In this document: in pieces, positions 15,044-28,963 of the stretch | Layout: each line of letters opens with the position of its first letter | Numbering within the stretch: position 1 is the stretch's first letter | Source: the human T2T-CHM13v2.0 reference genome, Homo sapiens | NCBI RefSeq assembly: GCF_009914755.1 | Contig: NC_060932.1 | DNA length: 64,000 nt | Reading direction: 5' to 3' (one strand) | The notes under the pieces: generated by a model | What the model saw: the letters and a program-made list of their open reading frames with translations, nothing else | Database searches by the model: none | Told to the model about the DNA's origin: nothing | Program-made: the position numbers and the translations under genes

Positions 15044-16199
15044 TTAGATCACTGTTACAATAACTACAAATAATATTTGTAAAGCACCAAAAGAGTGCCT
15101 GCCATATAAAAGATACATAATAAAAAGTAGCTATGTTTATGACAAAATTATTCTCAAAAGATGATGCCAGAAAATATATACCAGGTACATTTCATCTAAT
15201 TAAATTTTGAAAAATTAAAGGAAATTGAGCCACAATAATTGTTGTCTTAAAAATATTTGTTCCTAGTCAGGAACCTATTAGACTGTTTCTGCTTGTTTAA
15301 AGCATTCATTCAGATTATGACTCCCTTTAGTTTCATTGTTTTGTATAAGTAACTCTGAAATCACATTGCTAAACTAAAGAAGCAGCTGAATGCAAAAGAT
15401 CTTAAATCAATGTCAGAACTTCTCCTTGGTAATATTTCCCTGGTTACACTTCTGAAAAAATCCTGAAGTAAAAATTAGTTTTTACTTTATCCAACAGCAA
15501 AATTAAAGGTTAAAATTGTAAACCTCTTGCAGCTCTTTTATGACTAACATAACCATTTTATAGCCCATGGTTACAGTCCTTGCTTCAAGACAGCACACTG
15601 TAGCAATAAGTTTATTGCCCTTCCCTCAAGGACATCATTCTGGGAGGTTCTGTAGCTATTTGACAGAGGCTCTCTCTCTTTTGCTTTACTCATTACTATA
15701 TAGAACAAAGATGTATAGTATAAAATTAGTTTGTACATGGCCAAACTATATTTTTAAGGTCCCGACTCCTAAGAGAAGTCCAATATTGGAGAAAGATAAA
15801 TGATCTGGGAGCCAGGATTCTAGTCATATTTCCACCCAGCTGTTCGATCTAAGGCAACCACATCACCTCTCTGAGCCTCAGTCGACTCACCTACAAAAAA
15901 AGGCTGGATTATTAGATGATCTTTGATCAGGTTTAAGACTCTTATAACTCAGTGATGATATTTTCAAAAGGAAAAAAGGTAGAAACAGTAGGCAGTAAAA
16001 TATCTGTTATTCAAAACTTAACAGATTTTGTTGAATAACAAAATTTATGATTTTTAATGCAAACAACTACAATAAAGGTCAGAAATTCTATTTAATATAG
16101 CATAACTATATTAAAGACTTCAAAACTCTAGCTTTTCTTGAAAATGTAAACATAAAAGTAAGGATAGATATTTGCTTTTAATTTCTTCATTTATGAAAC

Positions 16200-18990
16200 T
16201 GATTACAGAAGGACTCTGAGGTTTAGAAAGGAATAGTGGCATGCTGATTTTGAAACTCCCCATTACCCACCTGAAAAATAAAATTAAATAAAATCAAAAA
16301 GGAGGACAAATAAAACACACAAGACCTATTCCTTCAGCATTTCTAGGAATCGGAAAATACAAATCTCAAACTACCTGTAAGCAGAAGAAAGAGCAAACAA
16401 ACTAATTCTAACACAGCATTCCTAGCCTGTGGATACACGGAGTGGAGGAGAAGAGGCAGAAAAGACTTTGTGAGGGAGAGCAGGGAGGAGCCAAGGACCC
16501 ACAGGGAACACAGAAAAAACCACCCTCAGAAACGAGTATAAGTGAGACAATAAATGCAAAGACACTGAGCACAGATCAGCCCTTGGTAATTCACAGTCCA
16601 GCTACCTCGGGGAAACTGTGATTTTGGAGGAGAATCAGATAAGACAGAAGAGGTGGTACCTCTTGGAGACCAAGTATTCAAAGAAAAGTTGGGACTAAGA
16701 TTGAAAAATTAAGGATCCTGCAGAAATCAATGATAAGCAAGACAAGCCAACCCTGCCTACCACAACCACTCAAAAGATATCATAAAGGAAACTACACAGA
16801 AGGGCAGAACTGACAAAATACAGAGCTCTGAACCAAGGAGCCCTGATAACAAAATGAATCAAAATAGAAAAAAGTAGAGCACATCCCCACAAGCCTGCAA
16901 AACATCAGACATTGCTAATAAAAATGGGTTTCTTTTTGTTTGAAGTCTCTCCAGAAAACCAACATTGTGAACAGTGAGAACACATGGACAAGGGAGGGGA
17001 ATATCACACACTGGGGCCTGTCAGGGAGTGGGGGATAAGGGGAGGGAGAGCATTAGGACAAACACCTAATGCATGCGGGGCTTAAAACCTAGATGACAGG
17101 TGCAGGAAATCACCATGGCACATGTATACCTATGTTAACAAACCTGAACATTCAGCAAATGTATCCCGTAACTTAAATTTTTTTTAAATTGCTGCTGTAA
17201 CACAACAAAAGAAAATAACAACATTCTGTCTTTTAAAATAAAAAACAATAATGAAGCAGAAGAAAACTGAAACATCAATACAATCTGAGTTAAATGGCCT
17301 CAAATACTTGTGGTTGTGAATATGAAAAAAAATTGTTAAATCTGAAATAGAGACTGAAAGCAGAAATGAAACAAAATTTTTTTAAAAAAAAACAGGATAA
17401 GTGAACTCAGGAAAGAAATGGGGACAAAATGAAGAATAAATTACAAGGTGCCCAAAAGGGCACAGATGCAAAAGAAAACTTAAAGAAAATCAGGAAAAGC
17501 AATAAAAGAAAAAGAGACTGAGAGAAAGCAGCTGAAATGGAAGACACAAGGAGATGGAATATTCATATTGGTGTCTCTGAAGAAGAAAATGATAACCGAA
17601 GTGCAATAATATTTAAAATTATATCTCAAGGAAATTTTCCATAAGTAAAGAAGATATGTATCTACATATTAAATAGAAAATTTATGCAGAATAAGCAATT
17701 CTAAGATATTCTTGTAAAACTGTTAGTTAAGACTTTAGGATAATGGTAATGAAATGTATGAATTTGTATGTGAGAAAGACATGAGTTCTGGGGGTCAGGG
17801 GTGAATGCTGTGGTTTGAGTGTTTGTCTCCTTCAAAGTTCATGTTGAAACTTAATCTCCAGTAGCAGTATTGAGAGGTGGGGCCTTTAAGAGAAGATTGG
17901 GTTGTATGGGCTCTGCCTTTGTGAATGGATTAATCCATTCATGGATTAGTAGTTTATTGAGTTCTCATGGGAATAAGACGTATTGAGTTATCATGGGAAT
18001 ATGGCTTTATAAGAACAGGAAGAGAGACCTGAGCGAGCACGCTCTGCTCCCTCACCATGTGATGCCCTGTGCTACCTCAGGACTCTACAAAGAATCCCCA
18101 CCAGCAAGAAGGCACTCACCTAATGCAGCCCCTCGACCTTGGACTTCTCAGCCTCCATAACTGAAAGAAATAAATTCCTTTTCTTTATACGTTACTCAGT
18201 TTCAGGTATTCTGTTATAAGCAACAGAAAACAGGCTAAGACTATCTGTCCTTGTGAAAATTTAAGAATTAAACTCTTGGGTGAAAAAGGAACTACAAACA
18301 AATTACAGAACTTATGAAATATACTTATTATAATGAAAACAATAAATAGAATGTATGGAAGATACTGAAAGCAGTGATCAGATAAAAATTCATAGCCTAA
18401 AAACTTTTATCAATAAATATCAAAGAATTAAAATTTTCTACTCAAAAGGGAAAAAAGAAAACAAAGTGGACAAAAAGAAAGCACAAGGATGAAAATAATA
18501 GGGTGGAAAAGAGAAAAACAGTAAATAAATCAAAATTCTGGGTCTTTGATAAACCACTAGGTAACAAGACTAAAAACATGAACAAAGAAAAAAAGCACAA
18601 ATACACAAAATAAGTGAGAAGGGGGAAATAATTATTGATATGGAGAAGCCAGAAATTGTTTATAAAATTCTACCTTGCAGACCTCTATGCAAATAATTTG
18701 AAAACTTAAAGGAAATGAGTAATTTCTTAGGCTATGGAAATGTTCCAGATCAAAGGAGGCTAAAGAGACATGACATCTAAATGTAATGCTCACCCTAAAC
18801 TGAATCCTGTACCAGTGGAAGGCAAATGTTATAAAGGATATTATTAGATCTACTGACAAAACTGACAAGACTGAATATGGATGGTAGATTAGACAAAAAG
18901 TATATTTTTGAAGTCAATTGTACTGTGGTTACAGAAAAAAACACAGTATTATATACTCTAAAATAATGAGGGAGAAAAAAATGTGTGTGT

Positions 18991-19021
<31 letters not shown>

Positions 19022-19175
19022 GAGAGAGAGAGAAGATGAGAAAGAATAATTAAATGATAAAGCAAATGGAGTAAAATATTCACAACAGGCAAATCTATTA
19101 AAAAAGGCAATTGTTCTTTGCACTATTTTATTTCTACAACTTTTCGTTATGTTTGAAATTATTTTCAAAGAAAAC
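16200..19175 (+). mobile_element. Degraded old L1M pieces, interrupted by an L1PA 3' end (~16965-17200) and an MST element
   Basis: A-rich L1 ORF1/ORF2-like tracts; L1PA 3' UTR motif gagaacacatggacaagggaggggaatatcacacactgggg. Confidence 0.6.
17726..18241 (+). mobile_element. MST-type MaLR LTR with short internal/PPT remnant
   Basis: ggggtcaggggtgaa|tgctgtggtttgagtgtttgtctcc...gttataagcaacagaaaacaggctaagac. Confidence 0.8.
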
Positions 19176-19311
19176 ATTTCAAAGCTACATTACAAAATTA
19201 GAATTATGGTACCAATCCCATTTCTATTAATATTTCATTTCTAAAGGAAAATATATTATTTTAAGATGTTAAATGATCTAGAACTTTAGGTGTAAAATGA
19301 AAAGAGCTCAC

Positions 19312-19419
19312 CGTGAATAGGAATGCAAGAAAGCTTTTCCATATTGGAAAGAATAGTTCTTACAATTTCTGATGTTCTGCAATAGCCCAGCTCGGTCACC
19401 AAGAGTGATTTGGTAATAT
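19312..19419 (-). pseudogene. IMPA1P1: IMPA1P1 exon 7
   Basis: (D)ITKSLLVTELGYCRTSEIVRTILSNMEKLSCIPIH(G); 108 nt; ends in phase 1 while exon 8 starts in phase 2, giving a 1-nt frameshift. Confidence 0.92.
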
Positions 19420-19971
19420 CTAAAAAGGAAATGTTTTAAATAATCACTAGATTTTAATAACTAGAATTCTAAAAAAAGACACTTTTATTCAGAAGAAAAT
19501 ATAACATGTTTATCCCTCTTCCTAGTTTTATCAAATTCATTTCTAAGTTTTAAAATATTAAAACTGATAAACTTATTATTTCCAAGTCAGCTTTTTATAA
19601 GCATCAAAAAGAGTCCAGCTCCTTAGACCATTCCCCAAATGTACAGAATATAACCAATTTGCCTGCAGGCATGATACGTGTAGTGAAAAATGAGCAAATA
19701 TCTTAAACACAAAAAGGTAGATGTTAGAAACTAAATTCAATAGCGAACTTATATATAGATTTGAAAGAAAACAAAAATGAAAATTACATGGTAGCTCTTC
19801 TCTCACTTCCATTTACAAAGCTGGCAAATTATCCAAGGCTTTCCATTTTCCTCTGAAACATCCTGACTGCAGCTCAGGACACACTTGACACCCCACACTT
19901 CACCTCTTCCCATCAGACAAGATATATGTTCACCAGGTGTGTTTGTCAGCATTTTTGTAACTGTTGTACTG

Positions 19972-21710
19972 CTTTTTAAAATTAATTTTAAGTTCCAGAG
20001 TACATGTGCAGGATGTGAAGGTTTGTTACATAGGTAAATGTGTGCCATAGTGGTTTGCTGCACCTATCAACCTATCACCTAGGTATTAAGCCCAGCATGC
20101 ATTAGCTACTTTTCCTGATGCTCTCCTGTCCCCCAACTCACCCCCGACCGACAGGTCCCTGTGTGTATTGTTCCCCTCCCTGTGTCTGTGTGTTCTCATT
20201 GTTCAGCTCCCATGTACAAGTGAGAACATGAAATGTTTGGTTTTCTGTTCCTGCGTTAGTTTGCTGAGGGTAATGGCTTCCAACTGCATCCATGTCCCTG
20301 CAAAGGACATGATCTCATTCCTTTTTATGGCTGCATAGTATTCCATAGTATATATGTACCATATTTTCTTTATCCATTCTATCTTTGATAGGCATTTGGG
20401 TTGATTCCATGTCTTTACTATTGTGAATAGTGTTGCAATGAACATATGTGTGCATGTATCTTTGTAACTGAATAATTTATATTCCTTTGGGTCTATACCC
20501 AGTAATGGGATTGCTAGGTCAAATAGTATTTCTGGTTCTAGATCTTTGAGGAATTGCCACACTGTCTTCTACAATGGTTGAACTAATTTACATTCCCACC
20601 AACAATGTAAAAGTGTTCCTATTTCTCCACAACCTTGCCAGCATCTGTTATTTGACTTTTCAGTAATTGCCATTCTGACTGGTGTGAGATGGTATCTCAT
20701 TGTCGTTTTGATTTACATTTGTTTAATGATTAGTGATGTTGAGATTGCTTTCACGTTTTTTGGCCTCATGAATGTCTTCTCTTGAGAAGTGTCTGTTCAT
20801 GTCCTTTGCCCACTTTTTCACGGGGTTGTGTTTTTCTTGTAAATTTGTTTAAGCTCCTTGTAGATGCTGAATATTAGAACTTTGTCAGATGGATAGATTG
20901 CAAAAAGTTTCTCCCACTCTGTAGGTTGCCTGTTCTCTTTGATGATAGTTTCTTTTGCTGTGCAGCAGCTCTTTAGCTTAATTAGATTCCATTTGTCAAT
21001 TTTTGCTTTTGTTGCAATTGCTTTTGGCGATTTCGTCATGAAATCTTTGCCCGTGCCTATGTCCTGAATAGTATTGCCTAGACTTTCTTCTAGGTTTTTC
21101 ATAGTTTTTGGTTTAACCCATCTGGAGTTAATTTTTGTATAAGGTGTAAGGGTCCAGTTTCAATTTTCTGCATATGGCTAGCCAGTTCTCCCAGCAGCTT
21201 TTATTAAATAGGGAATCCTTTCCCCATTGCTTGTTTTTGACAGATTTGTTGAAGATTGATGATTGTAGATGTGCAGTGTTATTTCTGAGTTCTCTATTCT
21301 GTTCCATTGGTCTATGTGTCTCTTTTTGTACCAGTACCATACTGTTTCAGTTATTGTGCCTTGTAGTTTGAAGTCTGGTAGCATGATGCCTCTAGCTTTG
21401 TTATTTTTGCTTAGGATTTTCTTGGCTATATGAGTTCTTTTTTGGTTCCATGTGAATTTTAAAATAGCTTCTTCTAAATCTGTGAAGAATGTTAATGGTA
21501 GTTTAATGGGAATAGCATTGAATCTATAAATTACTTTGATCAGTATGGCCATTTTAATGATATTGATTCTTCCTATCCATGAGTATGGAATGTTTTTCCA
21601 TTTGTTTGTGTCCTCTCTGATTTCCTTGAGCAGTGGTTTGTAGTTCTCCTTGAGGAGGTCCTTCACTTCCCTTGACGGCTGTATTCCTAGGCATTTTATT
21701 CTTTTTGCTG
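19972..21710 (-). mobile_element. 5'-truncated L1PA (ORF2 3' part plus 3' UTR)
   Basis: ORF-track peptides match the L1 ORF2 C-terminus ([42 protein letters not shown]); TSD tgtact(g/a)ctttt on both sides. Confidence 0.95.
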
Positions 21711-22014
21711 TACTACTTTTAATAGTTAAATAATTTAATACTTTGTAAAGTGAAGAATAATTATGCAAAGGAAAAGAGTTGTTTCTATGAAAGCTACCAC
21801 ATTTCTTTGGTTCATACATATTTCTATTATCCTATGATTTACTTTACCTATTTTATATAGATTATCCTCTGATTTACCTTACCTATTTTATATATATTAT
21901 ATTTATATAATTATAATTTTTATATAAATATAATATATATTATATTTTAACTTTTCTATAAAATATATGTATTATATTTTGTTATAATAGGTAAGGTAAA
22001 TCACAGGATAATTT

Positions 22015-24390
22015 TGGGATAATTTTGTTCTTTATTAAAATCAAAAAGCCTATATGATTAGGGATTAATGAAGTGGGGATGACAAATAAATGTACATTTC
22101 AGACTTTCATCACCAATGAAAAAATAAAGCATTTTTATACACTTAAAACTGTCATTTTAAGCAGTGTTAGATTTTGGATAAGGATTCAAAATGTAAAAAA
22201 ATCTCTACAGTAATACAATGTTAATAGAAATTAGTCATGCACTGAGTTCATTTTGGTGAGCTACCATTGTTTAAATTTCAGAAAAGTAGAGCCGGGCACG
22301 GTGGCTCATGCCTGTGAACCCAACATTTTGGGAGGCCAAGGAGGGTGGATCACAAGGTCAGGGGATTGAGACCATCCTGGCTAACATGGTGAAACCCCAT
22401 CTCTACTAAAAATACAAAAAATTAGCCGGCGTGCCTGTAGTCCCAGCTACTCAGGAGGCTGAGCAGGAGAATCGCTTGAACTTGGGAGGCAGAAGTTGCC
22501 ATGAGCCCAGATCATTCCACTGCACTCCAGCCTGGGTGACAGAGTGAGACTCCGTCTCCAAAAAAAAAAAAACAAAAAAACCAGAAAAGTGATTTCTTAG
22601 TTCAAATTAGTGAAACCTTTAAAAGGATTGTCTTTAAAGATCATTATTTGAGAACAGTGCTTTTTCAGACATATTCTGATATTCACATTCACTTTATAAC
22701 AGAATTACAGATTAACCTTTTAATTATATCTTTCTTAAAAAGCTGTCAGAATTCCATTTCTTCAGGAGATATTTTCACCAGTGTGTAGTTTGATTCCACA
22801 GATTAAGCTTTTGCTTTCTTCATTATTATTAAGAACTTCTTACATATTAGAGAGATTGCCATTCATTGCTTTTTTGTCTTTTCGAAGAGACACAGGCAGA
22901 CTTGCTAGACTAAAGCTGACACTCTTAAAAGCATGCAACAAGAATATCCCCACGATTATTGTAAAGCCAGTCAAAAGTACCAGTGACATCATCAATGGGC
23001 ATATCTTGCCACTCCTTAAAAATAATAGCTGAACAAGTTTAAAAACTGATGTCGTAAAGAATATGTAATGTATTGGAGTCATGATGGAAGTGTTAAATAT
23101 ATCCAGGGCGCAATTTAGGTAATTAATCTATGTGTTCACACAGACAATGAGGCTTAGCAGCAGAACACAGGCCAGGGGATGTGGCAGTGCAGGCTTTCCA
23201 GCAAACAGCTCTCTGATAGCACTGCCTAGGCTCTTAACCCAGGAGACTGAAAATGTGCCAATTTGTTACATACACAAATGTGCAAATTGCTACATACACA
23301 AGATCGTTGTCCCTGGTGGGGACCCACCAGGAAGATTAATATCATGGCCATAATGACCACAAGTGTTGCAAAGTCCACAAAACCTGGATCACCTAGCTTG
23401 TGAGATATTTTATTTAGTCTCAATATCCTCTTCTTTTGGAGGATGAGTGATCGTAACTGTAGATCCTCAAATACTTAGCAAACATCCAAATTTCCCGTAA
23501 GGATTAAATCTTTCATTTAGAAAGTATGAAGAAAGAATAGCACTTACTAGGACGCTGAGAGTTCCTAGTGGAGTCACCAGTGTGGCCGGTGCAAACCCAT
23601 ATGCAGCTGAGTTGGCCACCTCGCCAGCTGCCATTGACAGCAGTCTAGCCCACCACAACCATTCTTTAGGATATGCGTGGCCACCTTGACCTGCTCTCAG
23701 AGGACCTTTTCTGGCAAGTCGCAGAAAGCCTTTTTTTTTCCCCTCCCCAAATGAAACTACCTCCAGTGAAAATGCTGGAGCTCATAGCTAATCCCAGACC
23801 AATATAAAAGTCATATTTTCCACACCCTCGGCTCATTTAACAAAATGTTCCTGTGAATCACATTGATCACAGAACAGAGAAACTGCCAGTACTGGAGGCA
23901 GAATGATGCAATTTTCAAATAGTTTGAAAATAGGACATCAGTGTGAATGTCCTTCAAGGAATGAGTTGCTTTGTTATCTCAGACCTGGTCTCCCTCCGCT
24001 CTCAGTCTCTGTAACTGAAGGGCAATCACAGCTAGGAGAGTGCGTAAGTTTTATTTGGTCTCTTATGAAAAAAAAAAAAAAAAAGGCTGGAGGAGGTTAG
24101 ATATGATTTACTCTCTCTCATTTTCTCGTAAATACTACCCTTTATTCTCATTTCAAGTTTTTAAACCCTAGCAGAGTAGCTCCAGCCTGAAAGGAAGGAG
24201 TGGCGACCTCACCCCAGTCTGCAGGCCAGCCTCCCAGCTTCACTTCTGCGATCTGGCCCTGGGTACCGTGGCTCACACCCGCACACCCGCACAGAGACCG
24301 CCCCGTCTTACGCAGGCCATCCCGGTAGGAGGTGCGAGCATTCCTGGCGGCATCCTTGTGCAGCTTTCTCCCTTCAGAAGCGCCAAGAAG
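22015..24390 (-). pseudogene. NIPA2P4: Processed NIPA2 (Mg2+ transporter) pseudogene in IMPA1P1 intron 6; CDS remnant 23836-22735
   Basis: Intronless; ATG at 23836 ([23 protein letters not shown]), ...[27 protein letters not shown]..., ...RRNGILTAF* stop at 22735; stops and frameshifts present; GC-rich 5' UTR; AATAAA at 22036-22031; outer ends approximate; pseudogene number from memory. Confidence 0.92.
22290..22580 (+). mobile_element. AluSc-like, inserted in the NIPA2 retrocopy 3' UTR
   Basis: Alu with small internal deletion; TSD cagaaaagt. Confidence 0.88.
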
Positions 24391-24688
24391 CCCCGCTTCC
24401 TTCAGTTCTAAGATGCACGTTTTTTCACGTTAACATCTCGAAAACTAGGACGCCTCAACCAATCTTTGGGGCCTTAGAATTCAATAAAAAGAAAATGACC
24501 TAAAAATCTGCTCTCAAATTAAGTGATTGAGGAGAAAAATTAAATAAAAGTCTAGGAAGATTCTGAACTCAAATTGCTTTGCAAGCATCTTTAAATTCTT
24601 GCTGCATTTAAAAGAATCTCAAAGTGCAAACTGGAAAATGTTGGATGTAGTTTGTGGAAGAAACGTAGCTCAAAACTTCAATCGGCTG

Positions 24689-25137
24689 TGAGAAAGAAGG
24701 AAAAAAAAAGACTTTTTTTCTGTGGAATGTCAGCCCCTTTAAATTATCAGGCCCAGAGAGGCATTTAAAGTATACTAGCAGTCAGTCTCACTCCCCCTTG
24801 AGCTAAATAATTGTTTCTTGAAGCCACTTGCTATGCAGGCTCTAGACTAACTGATGCCAAGTAGCCATAAAATGCCATATGCTCTATAGTTCAACAATGT
24901 ATAGCCAATCACTAATTAATGTGATACTGGTAAACCAAAGAAAATTCCTGAAAAGCATTAGAAATGACCTCTTCTTCTGATTTATCCTTTTTTCTTTAAA
25001 AACTTGAGCCTCTCCTTAGTTCTCTGGAGCACTCTCTAAGACAACCTAGAAGTGCGTCCTGGGCTGCAGACCTCAACCTTGGCCCAAATAAACTCTCTAT
25101 ATTAATTTTGCCTGAGCTTTCTTCTTTTAGGTCGACA
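24689..25137 (+). mobile_element. ERV1 (MER4-group) solo LTR
   Basis: TG...CA ends, AATAAA near 25087, 4-bp TSD gctg (24685-24688, 25138-25141). Confidence 0.7.
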
Positions 25138-25598
25138 GCTGTCACAGAGGAAGAAGACTTTAAATGCCAATCATCCAGTTCATGTAAAATGTATGTGTAT
25201 CATTATAAGTGATTCCATCTTTAATTGACTTTTTTCCCCAAATTACTTTCCAGTAATTTGTCACAATGGCATCAGATCAGAGGAATTCTATAAGGAATTT
25301 TAGCTACAATGGCTAATACATAAACCATGAACTCAAACGAGGGTAGGAAGCCAGTCTTAATCATCTTCCTATCTCCATCGCCAAATCCAATGCTGAGCCT
25401 GAAGTGTTTGCTCAATTACATTTGCTTTCCCTATTTCCACTCCACATTCAAAACTGAAGTTGAAATAACAGAACAAAGAGAAAATAAACAGTTTATGAAT
25501 CACTTAACAACTGGGGAATTCCATAGGTAAATATTAAAAGAACAATAAAATATGAGTACACAATATCAATTGCACTAAAAATTGGAGAATAAACCTAC

Positions 25599-25704
25599 CT
25601 TCTTGTGAAACCTGTAGTTTTTGACCATTATAAAAGGCACCTTTTCCTTTCCTGACAGTGTACCTCTTGTCTTCCACACAACTGTACACAACTCCAAATT
25701 CTAT
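25599..25704 (-). pseudogene. IMPA1P1: IMPA1P1 exon 6
   Basis: IEFGVVYSCVEDKRYTVRKGKGAFYNGQKLQVSQE; AG/GT ends; in-frame 3-nt loss relative to IMPA1 (SQQE). Confidence 0.94.
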
Positions 25705-27993
25705 CTGCAGAAGAAAAACAAGTTTCCTTTACCAAACCTGAGTATTTTTCAACATTAAATCAATGAATTGTTCTAAGATCATGACAAGAAAATATCATAT
25801 ACTACTAATAATAGATTGAAATGGCTATACTGTAGGATGCTTTCCAGCCTAATCAGAGAAAGAGTTCAACAGATCTGGAATCCTCCACTCTCACCTCATC
25901 TATGTCCAGAGTTAATAGTATTCACCTTACCTCTCTCCCTCCTGCTCCAGAAGAAGACAGAGTTTTTCCATTTTCTAAGGTGAACACACCTCCTGTGTTA
26001 GGATTTCTACCCTCTCTTATATTCTCTGAAAAACTGCTCCATCAACTGCTACCTCTTCTCTTGGATTTTTCTTCTCATACCTTCTCACCAAGTTTCTCCC
26101 TCCCTTACAAAACCTTCAAAATGTTATTCCCTCCTTTTCCCTTTACTGCCAATGAGTAGTCTACAATTGCATCTCCTGTGCTCCTCTTAATACATTACAA
26201 TTTGGCTTCTGCCCTGATCACTTATTCTTCTGAAAGCCCCTCAGAGAATATCAGTGAACTTTCCTGACCAAATGTATTGTCTGAAGAATTGGAGACTGCT
26301 GGCCATCATCAACCCTTATTTAATACTTAATTCTGTACCTCCATGTTTCCAGAATTACTCTTTCAGTTCTACCTCACTCACCAATCCATTTCAGAGTCAC
26401 TATTTTAGAAACTCCTTCTCTGCCTCAGCCTTAAAAGTTAGGTACTTCAGGCTTTTCTTCCTTCTTCCATTACTTCCATTTCCCTTGTAGCTCTCCATAT
26501 TCATACGGGTTGGCCTTTCCAGTCCACAAATTCAACTTATGAATAATTTGGCTCCCATCAACCCCGTAATCATAGATAAAAACATATACTTTGGAACCTA
26601 GTCTTGCAGAATCTCTATCAAGGAGGTCAAAATCACTCATTGCCTAATTACCTCCCATTGCTTCCCCATAAATCTCATCATTCAAATTTAATCTTAAAAA
26701 CACTTCCCAATTCTGGCATTTCCTTGGCTATTCTCACTGCCTCTACTTAGTTCAGAATTACCCAAACCCCAGTATAATCTGTACATTGTTAGAATTATCT
26801 GTCACTTTCCACTCCAAAACCTCTTCTGTTTCCCAACTACCTAGAAACAAAAACTAAATTTTCTCACATAGATTGGCCACTGTGCCTTACAGTAAGGCCA
26901 AACTAACCTCTGCCCCGGCCACTTCCAGTGCTTCCCTCTCCATGACCATCTCACTGTTCCATGCACACATCATGGTCTTCGACTTCTCCAAGCTCTTCTT
27001 TGGATTAAAACGCTTTTCTTTTTTCTTTTCCTTTTTTCCCCCCATCTGGCAAAGCCCTAGTTTTCTAAGGATCAACTCACATGACCAACTTCTAAGACCC
27101 CCTTCTGTTATAAAGATTTTCCCAACCCACTTTTGGCAGATTGGTGACATCCTGTGTTCCCACAGTATTTTTTTGTAATAGTTCCACCACATATCATCTT
27201 TACCTGTTCACACATCCAACTCTGTGCTGAGCTGTGAGTTCAATGGCAGGACCAGCACACAGCACAGGGCTGATTATAGACTGAATGCTCACTTAGCTCC
27301 TTTTGGACGTTCTCATGATTAATACAACCCTAGGGCTAAGCCTCCATTTGTATTAATTTGTGTTTTATTTTCAGAAATTTCTTTAGTGTTTTTGTGTACA
27401 GGTTGATCGAACATATCAAAAATTCCCCGAAGACAGGGATGTAAGATAGTAGCAAACATCTTCACTGTTTAACCAAACAAACAGCCAAACAGCAAGGAAA
27501 TGCAATAGCTATGGATTTTACTCTGCTGGGCTTTCTACACAAGTATTCAATAATGTGTCGATCCCACAATACACTTGCTATTTTCAAACCATGCATTGGC
27601 CCTTGCTAATTCTTGGTCTTTAAAGGGCTCTTTTCGCTGATACCTATTGAAGCATTCCCAGCTTAAATCCCACGTTTTCCATGAAGCATTTTAGATCACA
27701 CATAAACTCCTATCCCATTTCACTCTCTGACACATACAATGGTGGCTAAATACTGAACTTTCAGTTACTTGTGTGCATTTTCTCCTTACAACCCCTGCTT
27801 CTCAGAAAGCATTACATTTTCTTCACTGGAAATGTGTCATGAACATTTTAACAGTCCTGTAGCTTATATTCAAAATAATGCAGTTATATGAATTGAAAAT
27901 AAAGACATCTAAATTTATTATGAAGATACATTTACTCTTTCCCAGAAAACGAAAGCAAGGCATTTAATCAACTATACATTTAAAACAACATAC

Positions 27994-28039
27994 CTTCTTA
28001 TTTACAACAAGGCCAATCGAAACAGCTACAAAAGGAAAT
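27994..28039 (-). pseudogene. IMPA1P1: IMPA1P1 exon 5
   Basis: 46 nt; FPFVAVSIGLVVNKK; AG/GT ends. Confidence 0.92.
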
Positions 28040-28963
28040 CTTAAAAAAAGACAAAACACAAGTTTACCAAGATAGAACTTATTGTTAATATAGTTACTAA
28101 AATTCATCTTTTTGTAATATAAGTTCTCATAAAATTTTTCCTATAAACAGTCTTATCCCTCCTCCCCGCAATATCTAAGATGCAGAACAGTGTGTATTGT
28201 ATACAACTCCTTGTGTAAATAGGGAAGGGGACATATTATACACACATACATGCATTCACACAAGATGCTCCTACAGGCATGAAACCTCTCGGAAAGGATT
28301 CATAAGAAATGGATAACAATGGTCACCTGAGAGATGGGTCCTGAGAAACTGGGGACAGAAGTGGCAAGGGTACCTTCTACTGTATGCCATTTCCTATCTT
28401 TTGAATATCAAATGCCATAATCTAATGACTGTGAAAATATCTTTTCAAAAAATAAAAGTAAATTTTAAGAAAATTAAAGTGAATTCTTAAAAAGAAGAGT
28501 CTATTTTCATCATTTTTCCTGCAGCCTGGAGCCTTGGTAGACACAGGTACTGCGTTGTTCAGGATTGCTGTTACTTGTCTCTATTCCAACACCAAACATG
28601 TAACTTCACATCTGAATAGTAGACAGTTCACCATTATTTTTATGGTTGCATGACAGTTTAAACACATAGGTTGAAATTTCTGACCCACAAGAGAGTCAAG
28701 ATCAAGGCAAAATAGGGTCAACATAACTACTACAAATAAAAACCTCTAAATATGAGTTTTTATTTTAACAAAAATAGGATCAAACTATACACACTGTATC
28801 ATATAATCTTCTCCTTTTACATTAGATCATAAGCATCTTTCCACATTTAAAAGATACAACACTATCATGTATATAAAGTCTACAAAACTTTATAGATTTT
28901 AACTATTCTGTACATAGTACAGATGTGTACAACTACATGGCAACTTCAAAAGTAACACTGATG

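Noticed and set aside
21178-21819. Longest ORF (213 aa)
   Set aside because: L1 ORF2 fragment fused by chance to flanking sequence; the element is 5'-truncated and frameshifted
24405-24490. Possible MER104-like DNA transposon remnant next to the NIPA2 retrocopy 5' end
   Set aside because: Only weak remembered similarity; not enough to call
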